Shown here: positions 53,091 through 61,704 of the stretch, one piece after another
Layout of the letters: each line of letters opens with the position of its first letter
How positions within the stretch are numbered: position 1 is the stretch's first letter
Source of the DNA: an uncultured Gemmatimonadota bacterium
GTDB lineage: Bacteria; JAAXHH01
Reading direction: 5' to 3'
Assembly (NCBI GenBank): GCA_951812955.1
Contig: OX638340.1
Span: 2,240,001 to 2,304,000, forward strand
Length of the DNA: 64,000 nt
Made by a program: the position numbers and the translations under genes
The notes under the pieces: model-generated
What the model saw: the letters and a program-made list of their open reading frames with translations, nothing else
Told to the model about the DNA's origin: nothing
The model's database searches: none

Positions 53091-53180
53091 CTATGGACTA
53101 CTTGATCCAGATGCAGCCTACAAATGGTTTTTCAACATCTGATTATGGACTACTTGACGCGACTGATTATGGACTACTTG
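53091..53180. repeat. three copies of (g)attatggactacttg upstream of the hypothetical gene
   Basis: ctatggactacttga (53091-53105), gattatggactacttga (53141-53157), gattatggactacttg (53165-53180). Confidence 0.85.
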
Positions 53181-53220
53181 TGATTATGTACCTTCTGTTC
53201 CAGACGCAGATTAAAATGGG

Positions 53221-53266
53221 TCCTGGACACGGTTATTCATACCTTCTGGACACGGTTATTCATACC
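53221..53266. repeat. 23-bp x2 tandem duplication spanning the permease stop codon
   Basis: tcctggacacggttattcatacc (53221-53243) / ttctggacacggttattcatacc (53244-53266). The minus-strand stop (tta at 53256-53258) lies in the second copy. Confidence 0.9.
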
Positions 53267-55718
53267 TCAATGCATGCACAGGGTCGGACAGCGTGGTCTT
53301 CAACGTATGATACATCACAGTCAGCAGAGCGATCATCGTGACGAAAGCCCCTACGAGACCGAAGATGCCAAGATTGACCACGGCGTGATACGCAAACTCC
53401 TGAATCCACGTCATCATCATCGTGTACGCAATTGGCCAGGCTATGGCGTTTGCGATGAGTGACAAAATGACCACCTCGCGGCATTGCAGGGTTAACAGAC
53501 TCAGAAAAGTCGCTCCCAGTGCCTTTCGTATCCCCACTTCCCTGATGCGTTTTCTTGTCGTGTATGAAACAAGGCCGGTCAGGCCCAGGCAAGCGATAAG
53601 AACCGCTATCAGCGAAAAACTGCCGAGTATCGTAATCAGTCTGTTCTCTTCGTTATAGAACTGTGCGGTGTCTTCATCCAGGAAGTAGTAGGCAAATGCG
53701 AAGTCCGGATTGATGTCCCTCCATGTCTCCTCGATGAATGCCAGGGTTTCCTCGTAGTTCTCCGAACCGAGTTTAATGGACACATTCCAGAATTCATCTG
53801 ATGCGAGCATGGCGAGCGGTTCGATTTCCGACCTTAAGCTATTGTAATGAAAGTCATTTACTACCCCGATTACCGTTCTGAAGGATTCAGCGGCCTCCCC
53901 GGACGCTGACATGCCGCGGGGCGCAATCCACCTTATCCTTTCTCCCACGGCTCCTTCAGCAGAATCCCAGCCGGCTTTCGCGGCCGCGCGCTCGTTGAGA
54001 ATGATTGAACGCCTGTCTTCCGCCGCCAGGGTACTCGAGAAAAAACGTCCTGCTTTCATGGTCATGCCAAGCGTACGGAGGTAGTCGGCGTCGACCCAAA
54101 AGGTCCTTACCTGGATTTGCCCTCCGTCGTCTGCGGTTATCGGCCGTATGGTCGTTTGTAGCGGCGGTCTTCCCGGGGGCATGTCGGACCCGGAAACACT
54201 GAGTACGCTATGGTGTTCAAGCAGTCTTTCTTTCAGGGCCGAGAATGTATTTACGACAGGAGTGAATGTGAGCGGAATGACGACTATCCGTTGGTTGTCA
54301 TAGCCCAGGTCCTTGTCCCGGATGTAATCTATTTGCTGATACACGATGCAGGTAGCGATTATCAGAACAGTCGATATGGTGAATTGAAACACGACCAGCG
54401 TTTGACGCAGCGACGCCTTTTTTATCCCTCTGCTAATCCCGCTTTTAAGTACGTCAATCGGTTTGTAAGATGAAAGCAGGAGGGCGGGGTAAATGCCGGA
54501 GACAAGTCCAACCATCAGCGAAGTGCCGAGTAACGCCGGTATCAACTCGGAGATATCATAACTGATCTGGTCTGCTGACGCTGTCATCATACTGCTGAAC
54601 ACGGGAAGCAGGAACTCGATCATTCCCCAAGCGATAGGCAAGGCGATGATGGCGATAAACACAGACTCTCCGATATGCTGTGCCATCAGTTGGGCTCGTT
54701 GCGCTCCCAGCGTTTTACGCAGTCCTATTTCACCTGCACGGCCGCTCGAGTACGCGGTAGCGAGATTGATGAAGTTCACACAGGCAATCATCAGTATCAG
54801 TACCGCTACGGCGCCGTAGAGGAAAACAGTTGAAATACTGCCGTTTGGTTCCAACTCACCCATGCGACTAGAGTAAAGATGAATGGATGTCAGGGGTTGC
54901 AGAGTGAGGTCAAAAGTAATTTGCTCACTTTCAAACCGGGGATTCACGTGCCTGGAAACAAACTCGGGAAACTTGGTGGTCAATTCACCGGGGATGGAAG
55001 CCGGTGTGAGCAACAAGTAAACATGGCTGCGGTTCCAAAGATCCCAGGTGTACCGCTCATCCGGCCTAAAACTGACCGATGATTCACGTTGATGTGCGAG
55101 AAAATCATAATTCATGTGCGAGTTTGGTGGCAGGTCTCGCATTACCCCCACGATACGATAGTCCCAGGTATCTTCGGCGCGAATCGTTTTACCTATGGGA
55201 TCGGCATCCTTGAAGTACTTCAGCGCCATGGATTCGGACAAAACGACCGTAAAGGCGTCTTTCAGCGCGGTTTCGGGGTTTCCTTGAACGAATTCGACCG
55301 AAAAAACATCGAAAAACGTGGAGTCCGTGTGATAGAACCCCTTTTCATAGAATCGATTTTCGCCGTGGGCTATCATGTAGGAAGAACCCGGTTTCAGAAC
55401 GGTCACCGACGCTTGAATTTCCGGGAACTCCTCTTTCAGGACGCTGACCAGGGGGGTCAAGGCAGCAGCGGTTTCCGTGGTGCTGTTCGGACTGTGTATG
55501 TCCATCGCCACGCGGTATATTCTGTCTGAATTCACATTGAACCGATCGAAACTCAGTTCGAACCGCATGTAGAGCATAATCATCACGAAACATGTTACGC
55601 CAATTGTAAGACCCACTACATTGATGGATACATAAGCCTTATTGTTCCACAGGTGGCGAACAGTAGTCCTTAAAATGTTACTGATCAGCGACGCAGGAAG
55701 AAACCCGGTAGCGGCCAT
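53256..55718 (-). CDS. MacB/FtsX-type ABC transporter permease (two FtsX domains)
   Basis: N-terminus ILRTTVRHLWNNKAYVSINVVGLTIG, a large periplasmic domain, and two 4-TM FtsX modules (RKTLGAQRAQL and RKALGATFLSL loops). Start chosen at the ATG at 55718. No adjacent ATPase gene. Confidence 0.85.
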   Translation of the reverse strand: MAATGFLPASLISNILRTTVRHLWNNKAYVSINVVGLTIGVTCFVMIMLYMRFELSFDRFNVNSDRIYRVAMDIHSPNSTTETAAALTPLVSVLKEEFPEIQASVTVLKPGSSYMIAHGENRFYEKGFYHTDSTFFDVFSVEFVQGNPETALKDAFTVVLSESMALKYFKDADPIGKTIRAEDTWDYRIVGVMRDLPPNSHMNYDFLAHQRESSVSFRPDERYTWDLWNRSHVYLLLTPASIPGELTTKFPEFVSRHVNPRFESEQITFDLTLQPLTSIHLYSSRMGELEPNGSISTVFLYGAVAVLILMIACVNFINLATAYSSGRAGEIGLRKTLGAQRAQLMAQHIGESVFIAIIALPIAWGMIEFLLPVFSSMMTASADQISYDISELIPALLGTSLMVGLVSGIYPALLLSSYKPIDVLKSGISRGIKKASLRQTLVVFQFTISTVLIIATCIVYQQIDYIRDKDLGYDNQRIVVIPLTFTPVVNTFSALKERLLEHHSVLSVSGSDMPPGRPPLQTTIRPITADDGGQIQVRTFWVDADYLRTLGMTMKAGRFFSSTLAAEDRRSIILNERAAAKAGWDSAEGAVGERIRWIAPRGMSASGEAAESFRTVIGVVNDFHYNSLRSEIEPLAMLASDEFWNVSIKLGSENYEETLAFIEETWRDINPDFAFAYYFLDEDTAQFYNEENRLITILGSFSLIAVLIACLGLTGLVSYTTRKRIREVGIRKALGATFLSLLTLQCREVVILSLIANAIAWPIAYTMMMTWIQEFAYHAVVNLGIFGLVGAFVTMIALLTVMYHTLKTTLSDPVHALRYE

Positions 55719-55852
55719 GGCGGATCTCCAGCAGCTTAAAACGGGATTTCGTACAGGAAGCAGAAGCCACCCCAACCTTATGCGGACAATATAGTGTTCC
55801 CCTCGACTTTTCGGTACGACATTACAGGCGTAACGCGGCAACCAGGAGCACC

Positions 55853-57697
55853 ATGTCAAGCGAACTGACCAGGACCTACCGCCCGTTCTCGGACTCCCGC
55901 CCCTACACCCGCTGGTGGTGGTTCTACGATGACATCAGGGCGGTGGACATCCGGACGCAGTTGCGATGGGTGCGGGACCAGGGATTCGGTGGCGTGGAGA
56001 TCGCCTTCATGTATCCGCAGCCAGGGTCCGGTGAAGGGCCCCACTGGCTGAGCGAGGCGTGGACCGACTTGGTCGCCTTCGCCAAGGAAGAGGCGGACCG
56101 GCTCGGGATCGGATGCGACTTCACCTTCAGCACGTCCTGGCCCTTCGGTGGGTCGATCGTTCCCGAGGAGGACGCGGGACAGGTATTCGGCGGGCCGGCG
56201 ACCCAGCGCCTGGAAAAGTCGTGGGAACTGTCCTATTTCGGCCGCGGCCGGATCCTGAACCACCTGGACACGGGCGCGTTCAGCCGTTACGCCGAGCAGG
56301 TAGGTGGCGCACTGAAACCCGCCCTGCGCGGTACGACCTCGGGAATGTTCTCCGATTCGTGGGAGGTTTTCCCGGAGGGCCTCTGGAGCGCCCACCTGGA
56401 CCCCGTCTTCAGGGATCGTTTCGGGTACGACCTGGAACCGTTCAAGGCATGTATCGACCAGCATCCCGACGTGCGGTACGATTACCGGAAGATCCTGTCG
56501 GATGCGGCGATCGAGGGCTTCTTCAGGCCCTATGCCGAGGTTTGCCACCGCCTCGGCGCCGTGAGCCGCGTGCAGTGTCACGGGGCGCCGACGGACCTGC
56601 TGGCCGCTTTCGCGCTCGTGGACGTCCCGGAATCGGAGGCCCTGCTGTTCGAGACGTTCTTCTCGGCCATACCGGGTTCGGCCGCGGCCCTGGGCTCTCG
56701 GCCCGTGGTGACCTGCGAGACGTTCACCTGTATCTACGGCTACGCGCCATGGCCCGCGCCGTCACCCCATCACGGCGAGGAGAAGGTGGAGGACATGAAG
56801 CTCATGGCGGACGCGGTGTTCGCCAACGGCGTCAACCACATCGTCTGGCACGGCATGCCCTACAACGCGCCGGGCGGGAACAACACCTTCTACGCGACCA
56901 CGCACGTCGGTCCGGGCAGCGGATTCGCCGGCCGGCTTCCGGCCTTCAACGCCTACATGGCCGAGGCCTCCGATTTCGTCAAGCAGGGCAGAACGTATAC
57001 GGACGTGGCCGTGTACCTCCCACTGGAAGACCACTGGATGTGCCATACGCTGCCCGAGGAACGGCGCGGACCGGCCGCGAACTATTACTGGGAACTGCAA
57101 ACCGTCGAACGGCCCGGTGCCTTGCTTGGGTACCATCCCCTCTGGATATCGACGCCTTTTCTGGAGGAAGCGGAGGTGGAGGACGGCCGCGTTCGATATG
57201 GAGAGGCAGTCTTTTCCGTATTGTATGTGGACGTGGAATGGCTGGACGGCGAAGCCCTGTCGGCCCTGCAGCGGCTGGCAAGGGAAGGTGCGCATATCGT
57301 CATTCCGCGCAGGCCTGCCGCGCCCGGCCACCGTCCGCCTGCGGATTACGAGGATCGCCTGAAACAACTGATGAGCCAACCAGCGGTTACCACTGATCCG
57401 GGTGAGGCGCTGCGGCATCCTCCCCTCGTGAGCGGCCTGGACACGCCGGAATTCTGGTGCAGGGAGGTCGACGGCGACTACCACCTATACTTCGCCCATC
57501 CCGATACGAAGCGCATCCGGTACCCCATGGCCTACGAGGGCTGGCGTTCCACGGGCCTGGTCGAGCGGGAAGTAGTCCTGCATGTCAACAGCCGGGAGCG
57601 GACGGTGCGCCTGGCCTTCGAGCCCGAAGATGCCATGCTGGTCAGGGTATCGGCCACGGGCGCGGTGGACGTGGAACCGGGGCGTGTTGATGAGTGA
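55853..57697 (+). CDS. putative glycoside hydrolase (GH106-like N-terminal TIM-barrel pattern)
   Basis: The N-terminus RPYTRWWWFYDDIRAVDIRTQLRWVRDQGFGGVEIAFMYP resembles the start of uncharacterised/GH106-type hydrolases. Family assignment is tentative. Confidence 0.5.
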   Translation: MSSELTRTYRPFSDSRPYTRWWWFYDDIRAVDIRTQLRWVRDQGFGGVEIAFMYPQPGSGEGPHWLSEAWTDLVAFAKEEADRLGIGCDFTFSTSWPFGGSIVPEEDAGQVFGGPATQRLEKSWELSYFGRGRILNHLDTGAFSRYAEQVGGALKPALRGTTSGMFSDSWEVFPEGLWSAHLDPVFRDRFGYDLEPFKACIDQHPDVRYDYRKILSDAAIEGFFRPYAEVCHRLGAVSRVQCHGAPTDLLAAFALVDVPESEALLFETFFSAIPGSAAALGSRPVVTCETFTCIYGYAPWPAPSPHHGEEKVEDMKLMADAVFANGVNHIVWHGMPYNAPGGNNTFYATTHVGPGSGFAGRLPAFNAYMAEASDFVKQGRTYTDVAVYLPLEDHWMCHTLPEERRGPAANYYWELQTVERPGALLGYHPLWISTPFLEEAEVEDGRVRYGEAVFSVLYVDVEWLDGEALSALQRLAREGAHIVIPRRPAAPGHRPPADYEDRLKQLMSQPAVTTDPGEALRHPPLVSGLDTPEFWCREVDGDYHLYFAHPDTKRIRYPMAYEGWRSTGLVEREVVLHVNSRERTVRLAFEPEDAMLVRVSATGAVDVEPGRVDE

Positions 57698-57842
57698 AGC
57701 AGCGCATGGATTCATTGCCACATAGGCGCATTGAGGCGTCGCATCAGCACATTGCCGCAAAGATGCATTGGAGCGCCGCGTAAACTCATTGTCGAACAGG
57801 CGCAATGAAGCGGCGCATAGATTTACTGCCGCAAAAGCGTAT
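57695..57842. repeat. 37-bp x4 degenerate tandem array starting exactly at the stop codon
   Basis: Units start at 57695 (TGAagcagcgcatggattcattgccaca), 57732 (tgaggcgtcgcatcagcacattgccgca), 57769 (tggagcgccgcgtaaactcattgtcgaa) and 57806 (tgaagcggcgcatagatttactgccgca). Confidence 0.85.
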
Positions 57843-57871
57843 CGAAAACCAACCACGGAGACTTAACACCC

Positions 57872-58987
57872 ATGCACGACCCACGATATGGTGACCTGGC
57901 GAAGGTGCTTACCGGACACTCGACGAAGATCCAGCCGGGAGACCGGGTACTCATCGAGGCCTTCGACGTGCCCGATGAAATGGTTATCTCGCTCATCCGG
58001 ACGATCCGGGAAGCGGGCGGCGTTCCGCTGGTCTCCATCAAGCACCAGCGCGTCATGCGGGAACTGGTCCATGCCGGGGACGAGGCCGCGATGGAAGCCG
58101 CCGGCGCCTTTGAATCCCATCGCATGGAGCGGGTGCAGGCCTACATGGCCCTGCGCGGCAGCCGGAACGTGATGGAGATGTCGGACGTGCCTGGCGAAGC
58201 CATGCGGCTCTACGAGCAACGCTGGCTCAAGCCCGTGCACTTCGATATCCGCGTGCCAAAGACCCGGTGGGTGGTGCTGCGCTGGCCGACCCCGTCCATG
58301 GCGCAGCAGGCCGGCACGAGCACCGAGGCCTTCGAGGACTTCTTCTTTGACGTGTGCACCCTGGATTATGGGAAGATGGAAAGGGCCCTCGCGCCGCTGA
58401 AGGAGCACATGGACCGCACCGACCGTGTCCGGCTCACAGGTCCGGGTACCGACTTGAGCTTCAGTATAAGGGACATCCCCACCGTCGGATGCTCGGGCGA
58501 CCGTAACATTCCCGACGGCGAGTGCTTTACCGCGCCGGTGCGCGATTCGGTCAATGGCGTCATTACGTTCAACACGCCGACGCTGTATCACGGCGTGACG
58601 TTTACGGACGTGCAGTTGAGATTCGAAGACGGCAAGATAGCGGAGGCGAGCGGCAACCGGACGGAGAAGCTCAACGAGATCTTCGACACCGATGAGGGGG
58701 CGCGCTACATCGGCGAATTCGCCATCGGCTTCAATCCCCACATCACCGCGCCCATGCTGGACATTCTCTTCGACGAGAAGATCGCGGGTTCCTTCCACTT
58801 CACGCCCGGACAGGCCTACGAGGAAGCGGACAACGGCAATCGATCCGCCGTGCACTGGGACATGGTCATGATCCAGACGCCGGAATACGGCGGCGGGACC
58901 ATCGAGTTCGATGGGGAAGTAATCAGGAAAGACGGGATATTCGTCGTTCCGGAACTCGAGGGCCTGAATCCGGAACGATTGAGGTGA
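57872..58987 (+). CDS. M29-family aminopeptidase (AmpS/PepS-like)
   Basis: 371-aa ORF with the family-typical N-terminus ([26 protein letters not shown]) and C-terminal FAIGFNP ... HWDMV pattern. Confidence 0.8.
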   Translation: MHDPRYGDLAKVLTGHSTKIQPGDRVLIEAFDVPDEMVISLIRTIREAGGVPLVSIKHQRVMRELVHAGDEAAMEAAGAFESHRMERVQAYMALRGSRNVMEMSDVPGEAMRLYEQRWLKPVHFDIRVPKTRWVVLRWPTPSMAQQAGTSTEAFEDFFFDVCTLDYGKMERALAPLKEHMDRTDRVRLTGPGTDLSFSIRDIPTVGCSGDRNIPDGECFTAPVRDSVNGVITFNTPTLYHGVTFTDVQLRFEDGKIAEASGNRTEKLNEIFDTDEGARYIGEFAIGFNPHITAPMLDILFDEKIAGSFHFTPGQAYEEADNGNRSAVHWDMVMIQTPEYGGGTIEFDGEVIRKDGIFVVPELEGLNPERLR

Positions 58988-59029
58988 AACAGGCGCGCTA
59001 CGACGACGCGGAGAAGATCGAAGAAAGTC

Positions 59030-61555
59030 CTACTGTTCCAACAGCATGAAGCTGGTCGTCCTGGTTGCGCGCTGCCCGGAATGCCGGTCCTCAAGCGTCA
59101 CCGCGAGCACATACACACCGGCCGTCAGGTCCGTGGTATCGATCGCCGTGTACTCGGCTTCCTCGGACGTATCGCCCTCGCCCTCATACGACAGAACGAC
59201 GGTCTGCAGGTCGCCGGACCGATCAACCGGACGGCCGCCCGTATCCGGCATGCCCTCGGGTTTGATCTCGTAGTAGGTCTGGTAGGAGGTCCGTCCCGCT
59301 TCGTCTCTGTCCAGGTTATAGATCTCGTAATACACGTACACCAACTGGCCCCGCCCATATGCGCGCAACGGATGCGGCACGATGTTCAGCCCTTTCCTGA
59401 CGAACGATCCGGTCTGGTCGGTCGGCGTTATACCGGTAGACATCTTGAGGCCGCTGATCATCAGATCGCGTCCCTGGTAATCGGGGATGGAAACCGGTTT
59501 CCTGTAGACGCCGATGCGCTGGGAGGTTTCATCCTGCATCTCCACGGCCGCCGTGAACTGTCCCGAAGGCACCAGGACATCGACGGCCAGCGTGTAGGCC
59601 GATACCCGGGCCTGTTCGGAGCTTATCATCCGCTTCGGCCGTTCGATGGGACCGAAGCGGAACTTCTGATTAAGCACCGGCTTGTTTACCGTATCGCGCA
59701 GCGTGGCCTGGTTTCTCAGGAAAGTTTCGTTTCCAAGGCCGTCGGTGACGTCTCCGAACTGCCAGACTGGAAGGCTGTAGACCAGTTCCATTACCGTTTT
59801 CTTGCCGTTCCCCCGGAAAGTGGTGATGTCGAAGGCATAGTCCAGGCCGTCGCCTCCGAAATCGTGCTCGTAGTCTTCCGGGCTACGCTCGATCAGCTGT
59901 TCGGCGATCCGCTGGGGATGATGCATTTCCTCCTTCTGAATTTCGTTGAATGCAGCGTTGTTATCGGGTTCCGTGGAGATCATCAGCGTGCGCAGGGGGT
60001 AGTCGAACCGGCCCCCTCCCATCTGGTCGACGAAGAACAATTCCATGTCGTGCGCCGCGTATACCCAGCTCTCCGACCTGTAAGACGGCCCCATCGCCCG
60101 TCTTTGAACGATCCTGGTTTCGTAGTTGACCTCGGATTGATCATTTAATGAAGACTCTTCTGTGGCTACGTTGTCCGCGGTGAGGTTGTTCACGGTCAGA
60201 AGTGATGCAGCGCCGAAGCCCGCGCGATTCTTCGTGTCCTGTTCCAGCTGGACGGACACCTGTCCCCGGTCCACTTTCAAGCGGTAACCGAACTGCCAGT
60301 TCTTTTCGCGAATGGCGTCCACGGCCGGATTGCCGGTGGGCATGTAGATATCTCTTGGGTCCTCGTATGAGCGGAAGAGAAACCGTCGGCGGTCGTCGGG
60401 CTCGCCATAGCGGACGTATATCTCCCCACGACGGTCGTAGGGGAACCGAGCCGAGGAAAAGTGTATACGTGCATACATCACCCGCTTGTAATGTTCGACC
60501 AGGCGTTCGTTCTCGACCGTGGCTGGATTCGGGTCCCGGGCATTCCAGAAGTCCTGCCACAACCTGTCGCGGGCCGGTCCTTTCGCGGCCTCCCAGGCCG
60601 CCAGCTCGTCGGGAGAAGCCACGTGGGCCAGGTCCCAGTAAATCTCCTGTTCCTCGGACTCAAGCCCCTTGATGTAGGTCTCCAGCGACCGCTGCAGCAG
60701 GTCGTACTGTTTCTTCGAACTCATGGACAGCGCTTCGAACTGCGTCAGCATGGTCCGGATCAGGTCGGGCGTGATACCCTCCATCTCCTCCGCCATCTTC
60801 CGGAGCTGTTCTGCGCCCCGCTCGTAATATTCGAACCGGTGACAGATGCCGGCGAATTTCCGAAGCGTCTCGGGATGGTCCGGATTGACCTGGTACTGTC
60901 TCAGGTAATTAGTCAGCGCCTTGATGTAGTCGTCGTAACGGTCCCTGACGCGCTTCCCGTGGTCCGCCAGCTTCAGTTCCTCGTAACAACGGCCGAGTTG
61001 ATAGAATGCGTCCGGATGCTCGGGATCCAATTCTACAGTCCGCTCAAAGTACGCCCGGCCATCCTGATGACTGCCGATCAGCCAGGCGGTATCGACCTGG
61101 TCCATGTACGTCAGGCCCATGATGTACTGGATCTGGGCGTTTTCGGGATCCAGTCTCATGGCGGTGCGCAACGCCTTCCGGGCATCGAGGCGCCGGTGCG
61201 GCATGCGATTGTATACGAGCCCCAGGCCCATATGGCCAGGTGCCCATTTCCTGTCTCTCCTGACCGCGTGCTTGAAGGCCTTGAGCGCTTCTGCGTCCCT
61301 GTTCAGTGCGAACAGGGCCATGCCGAGCCAGTAGTGGCCGGAAGCACTGTTCTTATTATCCAGTACCGCCTGCTGCAACGGAGGCAGCGCTTCACGGTAC
61401 ATGCCCAGTTCGTAGTAGCGTTTGCCTTCTTCAAGCGATGACTGGCTTGCCAGCCCTGCATCCGGCGGCAAGGCGGACTGGGCCTGCGAGCGACCGAATG
61501 GGACCCACACGGTCAGAATCAGTGCGGCGGTTGAAATGAAACGGAGTGTAGTCAT
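59030..61555 (-). CDS. secreted TPR-repeat plus GWxTD-domain protein
   Basis: Signal peptide MTTLRFISTAALILTVWVPFGRSQAQS, N-terminal TPR repeats, and a GWxTD-type core FWNARDPNPATVENERLVEHYKRVMYARIHFS ... RRGEIYVRYGEPDD. Start chosen at the ATG at 61555. Confidence 0.7.
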   Translation of the reverse strand: MTTLRFISTAALILTVWVPFGRSQAQSALPPDAGLASQSSLEEGKRYYELGMYREALPPLQQAVLDNKNSASGHYWLGMALFALNRDAEALKAFKHAVRRDRKWAPGHMGLGLVYNRMPHRRLDARKALRTAMRLDPENAQIQYIMGLTYMDQVDTAWLIGSHQDGRAYFERTVELDPEHPDAFYQLGRCYEELKLADHGKRVRDRYDDYIKALTNYLRQYQVNPDHPETLRKFAGICHRFEYYERGAEQLRKMAEEMEGITPDLIRTMLTQFEALSMSSKKQYDLLQRSLETYIKGLESEEQEIYWDLAHVASPDELAAWEAAKGPARDRLWQDFWNARDPNPATVENERLVEHYKRVMYARIHFSSARFPYDRRGEIYVRYGEPDDRRRFLFRSYEDPRDIYMPTGNPAVDAIREKNWQFGYRLKVDRGQVSVQLEQDTKNRAGFGAASLLTVNNLTADNVATEESSLNDQSEVNYETRIVQRRAMGPSYRSESWVYAAHDMELFFVDQMGGGRFDYPLRTLMISTEPDNNAAFNEIQKEEMHHPQRIAEQLIERSPEDYEHDFGGDGLDYAFDITTFRGNGKKTVMELVYSLPVWQFGDVTDGLGNETFLRNQATLRDTVNKPVLNQKFRFGPIERPKRMISSEQARVSAYTLAVDVLVPSGQFTAAVEMQDETSQRIGVYRKPVSIPDYQGRDLMISGLKMSTGITPTDQTGSFVRKGLNIVPHPLRAYGRGQLVYVYYEIYNLDRDEAGRTSYQTYYEIKPEGMPDTGGRPVDRSGDLQTVVLSYEGEGDTSEEAEYTAIDTTDLTAGVYVLAVTLEDRHSGQRATRTTSFMLLEQ

Positions 61556-61704
61556 GATCTCTATGTGATAAACCGGGTACGGTATGGCCTGCAAGGTACG
61601 GTGTAGCCCGCATGGTACGATATGGCCTGCGAACAAACTGAACCGTCGATCAAAGCGGCTGTTTCCCCACACGTTCGGCGACGCGGGGAAGACCGAAGAA
61701 AGTC

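Noticed and set aside
57863-58855. 330-aa minus-strand ORF antisense to the M29 aminopeptidase; similar plus-strand ORFs lie at 59081-60148 and 60461-61441 opposite the GWxTD gene
   Set aside because: Shadow ORFs without motifs. The opposite strands carry recognisable proteins.
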